DNA of 64,000 nt from an uncultured Albidiferax sp. (GTDB lineage: Bacteria > Pseudomonadota > Gammaproteobacteria > Burkholderiales > Burkholderiaceae_C). The translations under genes and the position numbers were made by a program. The stretch lies in NCBI GenBank assembly GCA_963512645.1, contig CAUPNM010000021.1, positions 12,123 through 76,122 of the forward strand. Reading direction: 5' to 3'. Within the stretch, counting starts at the first letter, position 1. Each line of letters begins with the position of its first letter. Shown here one piece after another: positions 20,630 to 30,375 of this stretch. Under the pieces are notes generated by a model. It did not search any database. It had not been told where the DNA came from and saw only the letters and a program-made list of their open reading frames with translations.

Positions 20630-22003
20630 CTAGAACTTCGGCATGCCGCCGCCGCCCAGGCCCTTCATGCCGCCCATGCGCTTGATCATCTTCATCATGC
20701 CGCCGCCCTTCATCTTCTTCATCATGTCCTGCATCTGGCTGAACTCGTTGAGCATGCGGTTGACCTCTTGCACCTGGACACCGGCACCGGCGGCGATGCG
20801 GCGTTTGCGGGTGGCCTTGATGAGGTCGGGCTTGCGGCGCTCCAGCGGGGTCATGCTGTAGATGATGCCTTCCTTGCGGCGGATGTCGCGCTCGGCCTTG
20901 TCCATGTCCATGGTGCCCGCCTTGGCGGCCATCTGGGCGGGTAGTTTGTCCATCAGGCTGGACAGGCCGCCCATTTGCTTCATCTGCTGGATTTGGCTCA
21001 GAAAGTCGTTCAGGTCAAAACTTTCGCCGCTTTTGACCTTGGCGGCCAGCTTTTGCGCCGCCGCCATGTCCACCCCGGCGGTGACCTGCTCGACCAGGGC
21101 CAGGATATCGCCCATGCCCAGCACGCGCCCGGCGTGGCGTTCGGCGTCGAACACCTCCAGGCCGTCGATCTTTTCGCTGGTACCGGCAAACTTGATCGGC
21201 ACACCGGTGACGTGGCGCACCGACAAAGCGGCACCGCCACGCGAGTCGCCGTCGGTCTTGGTGAGGATGATGCCGGTGAGCGGCAGCGCATCGGAGAAGG
21301 CCTTGGCCGTATTGATTGCGTCCTGGCCCTGCATGGCATCGACCACAAACAGGGTTTCCACCGGCTTGAGGAAGGCGTGCAGGTCCTTGATTTCGCGCAT
21401 CAGCACTTCGTCGATGGCCAGGCGACCGGCGGTATCGACCAGCAGCACGTCAAAGTAGTGCTTGCGGGCGTAGTCGATGGCGGCGGCGGCAATGTCCAGC
21501 GGCTTCTGGTCGGGCGTGCTGGGGAACCACTCGGCCCCGGCCTGCTTGGTGACCATCTTGAGCTGCTCGATGGCGGCCGGGCGGTACACGTCGCCCGACA
21601 CGGTGAGCACCTTCTTTTTGCGCTTCTCAATGAGGTGCTTGGCCAGCTTGGCGGTGGTGGTGGTTTTACCCGCGCCCTGCAAACCGGCCATCAAAATCAC
21701 GGCGGGCGGCTGGGTGGCCAGGTTGATGTCGCTGACCCCCTCGCCCATGGTGCGGCTGAGTTCGCGGTTGACGATGCCCACCAGCGCCTGCCCGGGCGAG
21801 AGCGAACCCATCACCTCCTGGCCCAGGGCTTTTTCTTTCACCCGCGCAATGAAGTCGCGCACCACCGGCAGGGCCACGTCGGCCTCCAGCAGGGCCATGC
21901 GCACTTCGCGCAGCATGTCGGCCACGTTGGACTCGGTGATGCGGGCCTGGCCCCGGATTTCTTTGACCAGGCGGGAGAGTTTGTCGGTAAGAGCGGAGGC
22001 CAT
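20630..22003 (-). CDS. ffh: Signal recognition particle protein Ffh
   Basis: GLQGAGKTTT, DTAGRL, TKTDGD.RGGAALS and a Met-rich M domain. Confidence 0.98.
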   Translation of the reverse strand: MASALTDKLSRLVKEIRGQARITESNVADMLREVRMALLEADVALPVVRDFIARVKEKALGQEVMGSLSPGQALVGIVNRELSRTMGEGVSDINLATQPPAVILMAGLQGAGKTTTTAKLAKHLIEKRKKKVLTVSGDVYRPAAIEQLKMVTKQAGAEWFPSTPDQKPLDIAAAAIDYARKHYFDVLLVDTAGRLAIDEVLMREIKDLHAFLKPVETLFVVDAMQGQDAINTAKAFSDALPLTGIILTKTDGDSRGGAALSVRHVTGVPIKFAGTSEKIDGLEVFDAERHAGRVLGMGDILALVEQVTAGVDMAAAQKLAAKVKSGESFDLNDFLSQIQQMKQMGGLSSLMDKLPAQMAAKAGTMDMDKAERDIRRKEGIIYSMTPLERRKPDLIKATRKRRIAAGAGVQVQEVNRMLNEFSQMQDMMKKMKGGGMMKMIKRMGGMKGLGGGGMPKF

Positions 22004-22080
22004 AAAGAAGTGTCCGGGGAGGGTTGGGCTAGCAAAAACAGGGGAAATATAGGGATAGGGTGAAACGCTAAACTGCGCCC

Positions 22081-22881
22081 ATGATTTTAACGACCACGCC
22101 CCTTGCCACCGTGCTGCTGTTCGCCGCCACGGCGCTGGCCTATGCCGTGCCTGCGGTGGGGGCCGGGGCCCTGAGCATGCGCGCCAGCCGGGCGGCGCTG
22201 TGGCTGGCCTGGCTGCTGCACGCCCTGGTGCTGAGCCTGGGCCTGTTTGGTACGCCGCCGCGCTTTGGTTTTGCGCCCGCGCTGTCGGTCACGGCCTGGC
22301 TGGTGCTGACGGTGTACGCGGTAGAAACCCATCTGTTCCCGCAGCTACGGGCCCGCTGGGCGCTGGCCGGGCTGGGGGCGGTGGCGGTGCTGCTGGCCCT
22401 GCTGTTCCCCGGTACGCCGCTGCACGCCATGGCCTCGCCCTGGCTGCCGCTGCACTGGGCGTTGGGTATTGCCTCGTACGGACTGTTTGCCGCCGCCGTG
22501 GTGCACGCCTGGCTGATGACCCGGGCCGAGCGCCAGATGCGCATGGCCGCCGACTCGCACAACGGCATCCCGCTGCTGACGCTGGAGCGGCTGACGTTTC
22601 GGCTGGTGACTGCGGGCTTTGTGCTGCTGTCGGCCACGCTGCTGGTGGGCTGGCTGTTTGGCGAGCAGCTCTACGGCACCAACGACTGGAAGTGGAGCCA
22701 CAAGACCGTGTTTTCGGTGCTGGCCTGGCTGACCTTTGCGGTGCTGCTGCTGGGCCGCAGCCGCTTTGGCTGGCGTGGCCGCAAGGCGGTGCGGGTGCTG
22801 TACGCCGGGGCCGGGCTGCTGTTGCTGGGCTATGTGGGTTCGCGCTTTGTGCTGGAAGTGGTGCTGGGGCGGGTCACATGA
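22081..22881 (+). CDS. CcsA/YpjD-family inner membrane protein
   Basis: Multi-TM; PL.TLE, HKTVFSVLAW and GR.RFGWRG motifs; divergent from ffh as usual. Confidence 0.88.
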   Translation: MILTTTPLATVLLFAATALAYAVPAVGAGALSMRASRAALWLAWLLHALVLSLGLFGTPPRFGFAPALSVTAWLVLTVYAVETHLFPQLRARWALAGLGAVAVLLALLFPGTPLHAMASPWLPLHWALGIASYGLFAAAVVHAWLMTRAERQMRMAADSHNGIPLLTLERLTFRLVTAGFVLLSATLLVGWLFGEQLYGTNDWKWSHKTVFSVLAWLTFAVLLLGRSRFGWRGRKAVRVLYAGAGLLLLGYVGSRFVLEVVLGRVT

Positions 22882-23105
22882 AGCTGCTGATCATCTTGCT
22901 GGCGGTGCTGTTGGGCGTGTGGCTGTGGCGCTCGCGGCGGGTGCCGCCCCGCCGACCACCGCCCAAACCCACCCAGGCGCTGCAGGAAATGGTGGCCTGC
23001 CAGGTGTGCGGCCTGCTGCTGCCACACACCGAGGCCGTGACCACCGCCCACGGCGTGTACTGCGGCCCCGCCCACCGCGCACAGGCGGAGCAGGCCCCAC
23101 GGTGA
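22878..23105 (+). CDS. PP0621-family small membrane protein with zinc-binding motif
   Basis: MKLLIILLAVLLGVWLWR...MVACQVCGLLLP...YC..AH; start overlaps the upstream stop. Confidence 0.8.
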   Translation: MKLLIILLAVLLGVWLWRSRRVPPRRPPPKPTQALQEMVACQVCGLLLPHTEAVTTAHGVYCGPAHRAQAEQAPR

Positions 23106-24808
23106 TGCCTGCCAGCCCCGCCGCGCACCTGGTAGAGCCCGACCCGCTCGCCCTGGCGCGGATCTGGTACGGTTTCATGACGGCCCGGGTGACGATTGCC
23201 CTGGCCATTTTGGTCTGGCACGGTGCGCTGCTGGTTTTGGGCCAAGCGGTATCACCCTGGCTGCTGCTGTTTTGCAGCGGCTACCTGGCCAGCGCCCTGG
23301 CGCTGCGCCTGACCGGGCGGCCCAGCCACAGCCAGCCCCCGTCCAAGCGTTTCTGGATCGGCACCGTGGGCATGGATGCCCTGGTGTTCTCCACCCTGCA
23401 GCTGATGCAGTCGGGCGGCAGCGTCAACTACAGCCCACTGCTGGGCCTGCCGGTGCTGCTGGCGGCTGTGCTGGGTCGGCGCGCCATTGCCATGGGTACG
23501 GCAGCGGGCATGACGCTGCTGCTGTTGCTGCTGGACATGTGGAAGCTGTATGCCCGCCAGGCGGGCGACGAAGCCGCACTGTTCATGCAAAGCGGCCTGA
23601 CCGGCATGGGCTATTTTGTGGCGGCCTTTCTGGTCAACCAACTGGCAGCGCGGCTGGAACGCGAGGAACAGCTGGCACAACGCAGCCAGCAGGACGCGCA
23701 GCTGCAAACCCGGGTCAACGAGCTGGTAATCGAGACCCTGACCGACGGTGTGCTGGTGGTCGATGCCCGTGGCAGCGCACGCGCGGCCAACCCGGCGGCC
23801 CGCCTGCTGCTGGGTACCGACAGCCGCGATGGCCATGCGCCGCTGCAGCTGGGCAGCCAGCCCGGCTGGCAGGCGCTGCTGGCGTTGGCGCAAACCACTT
23901 TTGCCGAGGAGCACCCGCAGCAGGCCGACATCCGTATCCAGCACACCGGTCGCAGCCCGCGCCGGGTGCGGGTGCGCACCCGCATGACGGCGGCCATGGA
24001 GGGGCAGACCGACAGCCTGTGCGTGATGTTTTTGCACGATCTGCGCGAGATGGAAGCCCGGCTGCGCACCGAAAAAATGGCCGCCATGGGCCGCATGTCA
24101 GCGGCCGTGGCGCATGAAATCCGCAACCCGCTGGCGGCCATCACCCAGGCCAATGCCCTGCTGGAAGAAGAACTGAGCGACCCGGCACAGCAGCGGCTGA
24201 CCACCATGGTGCGGCACAACGCCCAGCGCCTGGCCAAAATTGTCGACGAGGTGCTGGAGCTTGCCCGGGTGCCGGTGCGCTCCAAGCACGACAGCGTCCC
24301 CCCACAAATCAAGCTGGACGAGGCGGTGGACAACATCTGCCGCGACTGGTCGCAGCAGGACCCGGCCCGGCGCAAGGTGCAGGTGGCGCTGGGCACGCTG
24401 GGTTTGCCGGTGGACTTCGACCCCGACCACCTGCGCCGGGTGCTGGTCAACCTGCTGGACAACGCCTTGCGTTATGAAAGCGGCCAGGCCGGGGCGGTCC
24501 AGGTGGGCACCCAGCTGCTGCCCAGCCGCCAATCCAGCCTGGCGGTGTGGAGCGACGGCCCGCCCATGGAGCACACGGTGGAGCAGCATTTGTTCGAGCC
24601 TTTTTTCAGTTCGGAAAGCCGATCCAGCGGTTTGGGTCTGTATATTTGCCGGGAACTGTGCGAACGCCACCGCGCCAGCATCGGCTACCAGCGCACCAGC
24701 CGGGAACGCGGCGGCCTGGTGGTGCAGGGCAACGAGTTTTTTGTGCAGTTCCGCCCGTCCAAACCCAGCTCTCTGGTGGCGCGCCCTTTTGACATCCAAC
24801 CGGTCTGA
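23105..24808 (+). CDS. pilS: PilS-like sensor histidine kinase
   Basis: N-terminal TM segments, PAS-like region, H-box AHEIRNPL, N-box NLLDNA, FEPFFS and GLGLYI; upstream of pilR. Confidence 0.85.
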   Translation: MPASPAAHLVEPDPLALARIWYGFMTARVTIALAILVWHGALLVLGQAVSPWLLLFCSGYLASALALRLTGRPSHSQPPSKRFWIGTVGMDALVFSTLQLMQSGGSVNYSPLLGLPVLLAAVLGRRAIAMGTAAGMTLLLLLLDMWKLYARQAGDEAALFMQSGLTGMGYFVAAFLVNQLAARLEREEQLAQRSQQDAQLQTRVNELVIETLTDGVLVVDARGSARAANPAARLLLGTDSRDGHAPLQLGSQPGWQALLALAQTTFAEEHPQQADIRIQHTGRSPRRVRVRTRMTAAMEGQTDSLCVMFLHDLREMEARLRTEKMAAMGRMSAAVAHEIRNPLAAITQANALLEEELSDPAQQRLTTMVRHNAQRLAKIVDEVLELARVPVRSKHDSVPPQIKLDEAVDNICRDWSQQDPARRKVQVALGTLGLPVDFDPDHLRRVLVNLLDNALRYESGQAGAVQVGTQLLPSRQSSLAVWSDGPPMEHTVEQHLFEPFFSSESRSSGLGLYICRELCERHRASIGYQRTSRERGGLVVQGNEFFVQFRPSKPSSLVARPFDIQPV

Positions 24809-24830
24809 CCCATCCCTGTAAGCTCACTGT

Positions 24831-26270
24831 ATGGCCCAGCCCCCTTCGACCCTAGCCGCATCCGTCCTGGTGGTGGACGACGAGCCCGACCTGCGCACGC
24901 TGTACGAGCTGACCTTGCTGCGCGAGGGCTACCGCATCGACACCGCCGCCAACCTGCAGGAGGCGCGCCTGCTGCTGGCCAGCAAGCGCTTTGACGTAGT
25001 GATCACCGACATGCGCCTGCCCGACGGCCTGGGGCTGGCCTTGCTGCACGGACTGAAAGCCCAGCAGCGGCCCGAGCGCGTCATCGTCATGACCGCTTAC
25101 GGCTCGGCAGAGAACGCGGTCGAAGCCCTGAAGGCCGGGGCCTTCGACTACCTGACCAAGCCGGTGGACCTGAAGCAATTCCGCACCGTAGTGGTCTCGG
25201 CTATCCAGGACACCAGCCAGGCCGCACGCCCTGCGACCAACAACGAAAAAGCACTCTCACGCTTATCTGGTGGGCAGGGGGCGCTACAAAAATTGGTAGG
25301 CACCTCGGAGGCCATGCAACAGGTCAAGCAGCGCATCGTCAAGGTGGCGCGCAGCATGGCGCCGGTGCTGGTGCGCGGCGAATCGGGCACCGGCAAAGAG
25401 CTGGTGGCCCAGGCCCTGCACGCCAACAGCCACCGCGCCGCCGGGCCGCTGGTGGCAGTGAACTGCAGCGCCATCCCCGAAAATCTGCTGGAGGCCGAGT
25501 TCTTTGGCGCCAAGAAAGGCTCGTACACCGGCGCGGTGCAAGACCGGCAAGGCTATTTCCAGGCGGCCCGCGACGGCACCCTGTTTCTGGACGAGATCGG
25601 CGACCTGCCGCTGGCCATGCAGTCCAAACTGCTGCGCGCCATCCAGGAGCGCAGCGTGCGCTCGCTGGGCTCCACCCAGGAGGACGCGGTGGACGTGCGC
25701 ATCGTCAGTGCCACCCACAAGGACCTGGCCGCCGATGTGCGGGCTGGGCGCTTCCGGCAAGACTTGTACTACCGGCTGAATGTGATCGAAATCGCTGTGC
25801 CGCCGCTGCGCGAGCGCCGGGGCGACCTGCCCGCACTGTGCGAGGCACTGCTGGCCCGCATCGCCCTGGAGTCCGGCATGCCGGTGCCCCTGCTGTCACC
25901 CGAACTGCTGGCACAGCTGGCCAGCCACCCGCTGAGTGGCAATGTGCGCGAGCTGGAAAACCTGCTGCACCGCGCCGTGGCCATGGGCGACGGCGACGCG
26001 CTGCACGCCGACTTTGATGCCACCGAGCCGACCCCGCTGGCAGAAAGCAGCCGCCCTGCTGCGACCGTGCCGTCGACCGGGATTCCTAGCGACCTGCAGG
26101 CTTTTTTAGACCAGCAGGAGCGCGATATCCTGGTCAAGGTGCTGCAGGAGACCGGTTTTAACCGCACCGCTACCGCCCAGCGCCTGGGCCTGAGCCTGCG
26201 CCAGATCCGCTACCGCATCGAGCGCCTGAACATCGCCACCCCGCAAGACAATGAACCCCAAGACCCCTGA
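24831..26270 (+). CDS. pilR: Sigma54-dependent response regulator PilR
   Basis: Receiver VVDDEPD and TDMRLPDG; AAA+ GESGTGKE, GSYTGA, FLDEIG and FRQDLYYRL; C-terminal Fis-type HTH. Confidence 0.9.
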   Translation: MAQPPSTLAASVLVVDDEPDLRTLYELTLLREGYRIDTAANLQEARLLLASKRFDVVITDMRLPDGLGLALLHGLKAQQRPERVIVMTAYGSAENAVEALKAGAFDYLTKPVDLKQFRTVVVSAIQDTSQAARPATNNEKALSRLSGGQGALQKLVGTSEAMQQVKQRIVKVARSMAPVLVRGESGTGKELVAQALHANSHRAAGPLVAVNCSAIPENLLEAEFFGAKKGSYTGAVQDRQGYFQAARDGTLFLDEIGDLPLAMQSKLLRAIQERSVRSLGSTQEDAVDVRIVSATHKDLAADVRAGRFRQDLYYRLNVIEIAVPPLRERRGDLPALCEALLARIALESGMPVPLLSPELLAQLASHPLSGNVRELENLLHRAVAMGDGDALHADFDATEPTPLAESSRPAATVPSTGIPSDLQAFLDQQERDILVKVLQETGFNRTATAQRLGLSLRQIRYRIERLNIATPQDNEPQDP

Positions 26271-26862
26271 TACCCAGCTGGCGCCGCAAGCCCCGCTGTG
26301 GCAGGGCGGCTGGTACCGGTTTGCCCACCGCCACCCTTCGCCCAACTTCGGCCCCCGGCCCGTCGGTGCGCGCACCGATCTGGTGGTGGTGCATTCCATC
26401 AGCCTGCCACCGGGCGAGTACGGCGGCAACCATGTGCAGGCGCTGTTTGGCAACACCCTGGACTGGAGCGCCCACCCGTACTTTGAAAGCATCCGTGGCC
26501 TGCAGGTGTCGGCCCACTTCTACATCCGCCGCCAGGGTGAGCTGTGGCAGTTTGTGAGCGCCGACGACCGGGCCTGGCACGCAGGGGCCTCCCAGTACCG
26601 GGGCCGCAACAACTGCAACGACGACTCCATCGGCATCGAACTCGAAGGCCTGGAGGGCGAAAGCTTTGAGCCCGCGCAGTACGACACCCTGGCCAGCCTG
26701 CTGGCCGCACTGGTGCCCGCCTACCCCATCCGCCATGTGGCGGGCCATGAGCACATTGCGCCGGGCCGCAAGCACGATCCAGGGGCCGGATTTGACTGGC
26801 AGGCGGTGCAGCGCGGTACGGGCTGGGACGCACGCTGCTTTCCATCTGTAGTCCAAAAATAA
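26251..26862 (+). CDS. ampD: 1,6-anhydro-N-acetylmuramyl-L-alanine amidase
   Basis: SPNFGPRP, VVHSISLPPG, VSAHF, RAWHAG, SIGIELEG and GHEHIAPGRK.DPG motifs. Confidence 0.96.
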   Translation: MNPKTPDTQLAPQAPLWQGGWYRFAHRHPSPNFGPRPVGARTDLVVVHSISLPPGEYGGNHVQALFGNTLDWSAHPYFESIRGLQVSAHFYIRRQGELWQFVSADDRAWHAGASQYRGRNNCNDDSIGIELEGLEGESFEPAQYDTLASLLAALVPAYPIRHVAGHEHIAPGRKHDPGAGFDWQAVQRGTGWDARCFPSVVQK

Positions 26863-27052
26863 AAATGTAACAGTGCAGGGCCCCTCGCATGGCACCTGCA
26901 GCACAGGAGCTAGGAAGTACGCCGTTTTGCGGGGCAAATGCCCCGCCAAGCCGCTTGTTTACTGGCTGTGCATACCGTTCGCCTGATGGGACAACGCTTA
27001 CCGGGCGATTACGGGAAAACCCTTGACTCTTTACAGCCCTTTGGGTCGCGAT

Positions 27053-27100
27053 ACACTACCCCTAGTGGCTCGAAATAGCTCCAGACCCCATATGTAGCGT
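27053..27100 (+). promoter_or_regulatory. Tandem NrdR boxes overlapping the nrdA promoter
   Basis: ACACTACCCCTAGTGG (27053-68) and ACCCCATATGTAGCGT (27085-100), 32 bp apart; TTTACA-16-TACACT promoter overlaps box 1. Confidence 0.7.
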
Positions 27101-27231
27101 TCGCCTTGTATTGCGGATATACCCTATTCCGCGGCGTAGACGGAGTATTTGCCGCCTTTCGCGCAGACCCGCCGCCCGTTTTAGTCTTTTCGCGCCCACA
27201 CACCCTCCTACTGTCAGACCCCAAGGAAACC

Positions 27232-30174
27232 ATGCAAACTGCATTGAACACCCCCTCCGCCGTCGCGCCGCTGCAATCTACCCTGCGCCCCCAAGACCCG
27301 GCCCCCCGGTCTGACCGCAGCGATGCCAGTGCCCCCGAGATGCTGGCGCACTACCAGATCATCCGCCGCAACGGCGCGGTGGTGCCTTTCGAGCCAGGCA
27401 AGATTGCCATCGCCATGATGAAAGCCTTTTTGGCGGTGCATGGCACGCAGGGCGCCGCCTCGGCCAGCGTGCGCGAAGTGGTGGACACGCTGACACAAGG
27501 CGTGGTTCGCGCGCTGGTGCGTTCGCGTCCCGGTGGCGGCACCTTCCACATCGAAGACGTGCAAGACAATGTGGAACTGGGCCTGATGCGTGGCGGCCAC
27601 CACGAAATCGCCCGCGCCTACGTGCTGTACCGCGAACGCCACACGCAAGAGCGTGCCAAGCAGGTCGCCGAGCAGGCCCCTGCCGCCCCGGTACTGCACG
27701 TGCTGGACGATGGCCAGCGCGTGGCCCTGGACACGGCGCGCCTGCAGCAGCTGATCGAGCAGGCCTGCGCCGGTCTGGGCAGCGAAGTCACGGCTGCGCC
27801 CATCGTCGCCGAGACCATGCGCAACCTGTACGACGGCGTGCCCATGGAAGAGGTCTACAAGGCCGCCATCCTGGCCGCCCGAACCCTGATCGAAACCGAT
27901 CCCGACTACACCTACGCCACCGCCCGCCTGCTACTGCACACCATCGCCAAAGAGGTGCTGGGTGCCGACCTGACGCAAGCCGAGCTGGCCGCCAAGTATG
28001 TGGACTACTTCCCCCAGTACATCCAGAAGGGCGTAGATAACGAGCTGCTGGATGCCGCCCTGCTGACCTACGACCTGCCAAAGCTGGCTGCCGCTCTGAA
28101 GCCCCAGCGCGACCTGCAATTCGACTACCTGGGTCTGCAAACCCTGTACGACCGCTACTTCCTGCACGTGCGCAAGACCCGCATCGAGCTGCCCCAGGCT
28201 TTCTTCATGCGCGTGGCCATGGGCCTGGCGCTGAATGAGCCCCAGCGCGAAGCCCGCGCCATCGAGTTCTATGAAGTGATGTCGTCGTTCGACTTCATGT
28301 CGAGCACGCCCACGCTGTTCAACAGTGGCACGCTGCGGCCCCAGCTCTCCAGCTGCTACCTGACCACCGTGCCCGACGATCTGGACGGCATCTACGAGTC
28401 GATCAAGGAAAACGCCCTGCTGTCGAAGTTTGCCGGTGGCCTGGGCAACGACTGGACCCGTGTGCGCGCGCTGGGCAGCCACATCAAGGGCACCAATGGC
28501 GAATCCCAAGGCGTGGTGCCGTTCCTGAAAGTCGTCAACGACACCGCCGTGGCGGTGAACCAGGGCGGCAAGCGCAAGGGTGCGGTCTGCACCTACCTGG
28601 AAACCTGGCATCTGGACATCGAAGAGTTCCTGGAGCTGCGCAAGAACACCGGCGACGACCGCCGCCGCACCCACGACATGAACACCGCCAACTGGGTACC
28701 CGATCTGTTCATGCGCCGCGTCATGGAAGGCGGTAACTGGACCCTGTTTTCGCCCAACAACGTACCCGACCTGCACGACAAGTTCGGTGCCGAGTTCGAA
28801 GCCGCCTACGTGGCCTACGAAGCCCGTGCCCAGCGCGGTGAAATCAAGCCTTCGCGCACCCTGGCCGCCAGCGACCTGTGGCGCAAGATGCTGACCATGC
28901 TGTTTGAAACCGGCCACCCCTGGATTACGTTCAAGGATGCCTGCAACGTGCGCAGCCCCCAGCAGCACGTCGGCGTGGTGCACTCCAGCAATCTGTGCAC
29001 CGAGATCACCCTGAACACCAGCGACACCGAGACCGCCGTCTGCAACCTGGGCTCGGTGAACCTGTTGCAACACATCACCAATGGCCAGCTTGACCACGCC
29101 AAGCTGCAAAAGACCATCACCACAGCCATGCGCATGCTGGACAACGTGATCGACATCAACTACTACGCTGTTCAAAAGGCCCGCACCTCCAACATGCTGC
29201 ACCGCCCGGTCGGCATGGGCCTGATGGGCTTCCAGGACAGCCTGTACGCACTGCGCATCCCCTACGCCAGCGAGGCCGCCGTGGCCTTTGCCGACACCTC
29301 GATGGAAGCCATCTGCTACTACGCCTACTGGGCCTCCAGCGAGCTGGCCAAAGAACGCGGCCAGTACTCCAGCTACAAGGGTTCGCTGTGGGACCAGGGC
29401 ATCCTGCCACTGGACACCCTGGACCTTTTGTCAAAGGCCCGTGGCGGCTATGTGGATGTGGACCGCTCCTCCACCCTGGACTGGGGCAGCCTGCGCCAGA
29501 AAATCCAGGCGGACGGCATGCGCAACTCCAACTGCGTGGCGATCGCCCCCACGGCCACCATCTCGAACATCATTGGTGTGGACGCGTCGATCGAGCCCTG
29601 CTTCGGCAACCTGTCGGTCAAGTCCAATCTGTCGGGTGAGTTCACCGTCATCAACAGCTACCTGGTGCACGACCTGAAACGCCTGGGCCTGTGGGACAAC
29701 GTGATGCTGATGGACCTGAAGCACTTCGACGGTTCGCTGCAATCCATCGACCGCGTGCCGAATGAAATCAAGGCGCTGTACCGCACCGCGTTCGAAGTGG
29801 AAACCACCTGGCTGGTGGAAGCCGCGTCGCGCCGCCAGAAGTGGATCGACCAGGCCCAGTCGCTGAACATCTACATGGCCGGTGCCTCGGGCAAAAAGCT
29901 CGACGACACCTACAAGCTGGCCTGGACGCGTGGCCTGAAAACCACCTACTACCTGCGCACCCGCAGCGCCACCCACGTCGAGAAATCGACGGTGGCCGCA
30001 GGCCGCATGAACGCCGTGTCGTCAGGCCAGGCTCCCAGCCAAAAAATGAGCGCCATCGACACCGCCGCCATGGCCGCACGCCAGCAAATGAACGCCGACG
30101 CCCTCAGCGCCAGCCCCGCCACGGACATCAAGTTTTGCGCGATCGACGACCCGGGTTGCGAGGCCTGCCAGTAA
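27232..30174 (+). CDS. nrdA: Class Ia ribonucleotide reductase alpha subunit
   Basis: ATP-cone (IIRRNG.VVPF), TPTLFNSG, SSCYL, SSNLCTEI, CNLGS, IAPTATIS, KTTYYLR and C-terminal C..CQ. Confidence 0.98.
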   Translation: MQTALNTPSAVAPLQSTLRPQDPAPRSDRSDASAPEMLAHYQIIRRNGAVVPFEPGKIAIAMMKAFLAVHGTQGAASASVREVVDTLTQGVVRALVRSRPGGGTFHIEDVQDNVELGLMRGGHHEIARAYVLYRERHTQERAKQVAEQAPAAPVLHVLDDGQRVALDTARLQQLIEQACAGLGSEVTAAPIVAETMRNLYDGVPMEEVYKAAILAARTLIETDPDYTYATARLLLHTIAKEVLGADLTQAELAAKYVDYFPQYIQKGVDNELLDAALLTYDLPKLAAALKPQRDLQFDYLGLQTLYDRYFLHVRKTRIELPQAFFMRVAMGLALNEPQREARAIEFYEVMSSFDFMSSTPTLFNSGTLRPQLSSCYLTTVPDDLDGIYESIKENALLSKFAGGLGNDWTRVRALGSHIKGTNGESQGVVPFLKVVNDTAVAVNQGGKRKGAVCTYLETWHLDIEEFLELRKNTGDDRRRTHDMNTANWVPDLFMRRVMEGGNWTLFSPNNVPDLHDKFGAEFEAAYVAYEARAQRGEIKPSRTLAASDLWRKMLTMLFETGHPWITFKDACNVRSPQQHVGVVHSSNLCTEITLNTSDTETAVCNLGSVNLLQHITNGQLDHAKLQKTITTAMRMLDNVIDINYYAVQKARTSNMLHRPVGMGLMGFQDSLYALRIPYASEAAVAFADTSMEAICYYAYWASSELAKERGQYSSYKGSLWDQGILPLDTLDLLSKARGGYVDVDRSSTLDWGSLRQKIQADGMRNSNCVAIAPTATISNIIGVDASIEPCFGNLSVKSNLSGEFTVINSYLVHDLKRLGLWDNVMLMDLKHFDGSLQSIDRVPNEIKALYRTAFEVETTWLVEAASRRQKWIDQAQSLNIYMAGASGKKLDDTYKLAWTRGLKTTYYLRTRSATHVEKSTVAAGRMNAVSSGQAPSQKMSAIDTAAMAARQQMNADALSASPATDIKFCAIDDPGCEACQ

Positions 30175-30248
30175 GCTGGTTAACGTGAAACAACTTGTCT
30201 GGCTCGGGGTGCTTCGCACCCGCGTCCATGAAAGTTAGCCGCTTCGCC

Positions 30249-30284
30249 ATCGCATCGCAAAAAGCTCCTTTTTTGCGATGCGAT
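30249..30284. repeat. 15-bp perfect inverted repeat between nrdA and nrdB
   Basis: ATCGCATCGCAAAAA-GCTCCT-TTTTTGCGATGCGAT. Confidence 0.85.
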
Positions 30285-30375
30285 TGAGCAACAAAGCCCT
30301 TAAAAACAGCCGCATTGGAAATGAATACTTTTCATTTTTCAGTGCTGCTCTCATAATCCTAGCATTGGAAAATTT

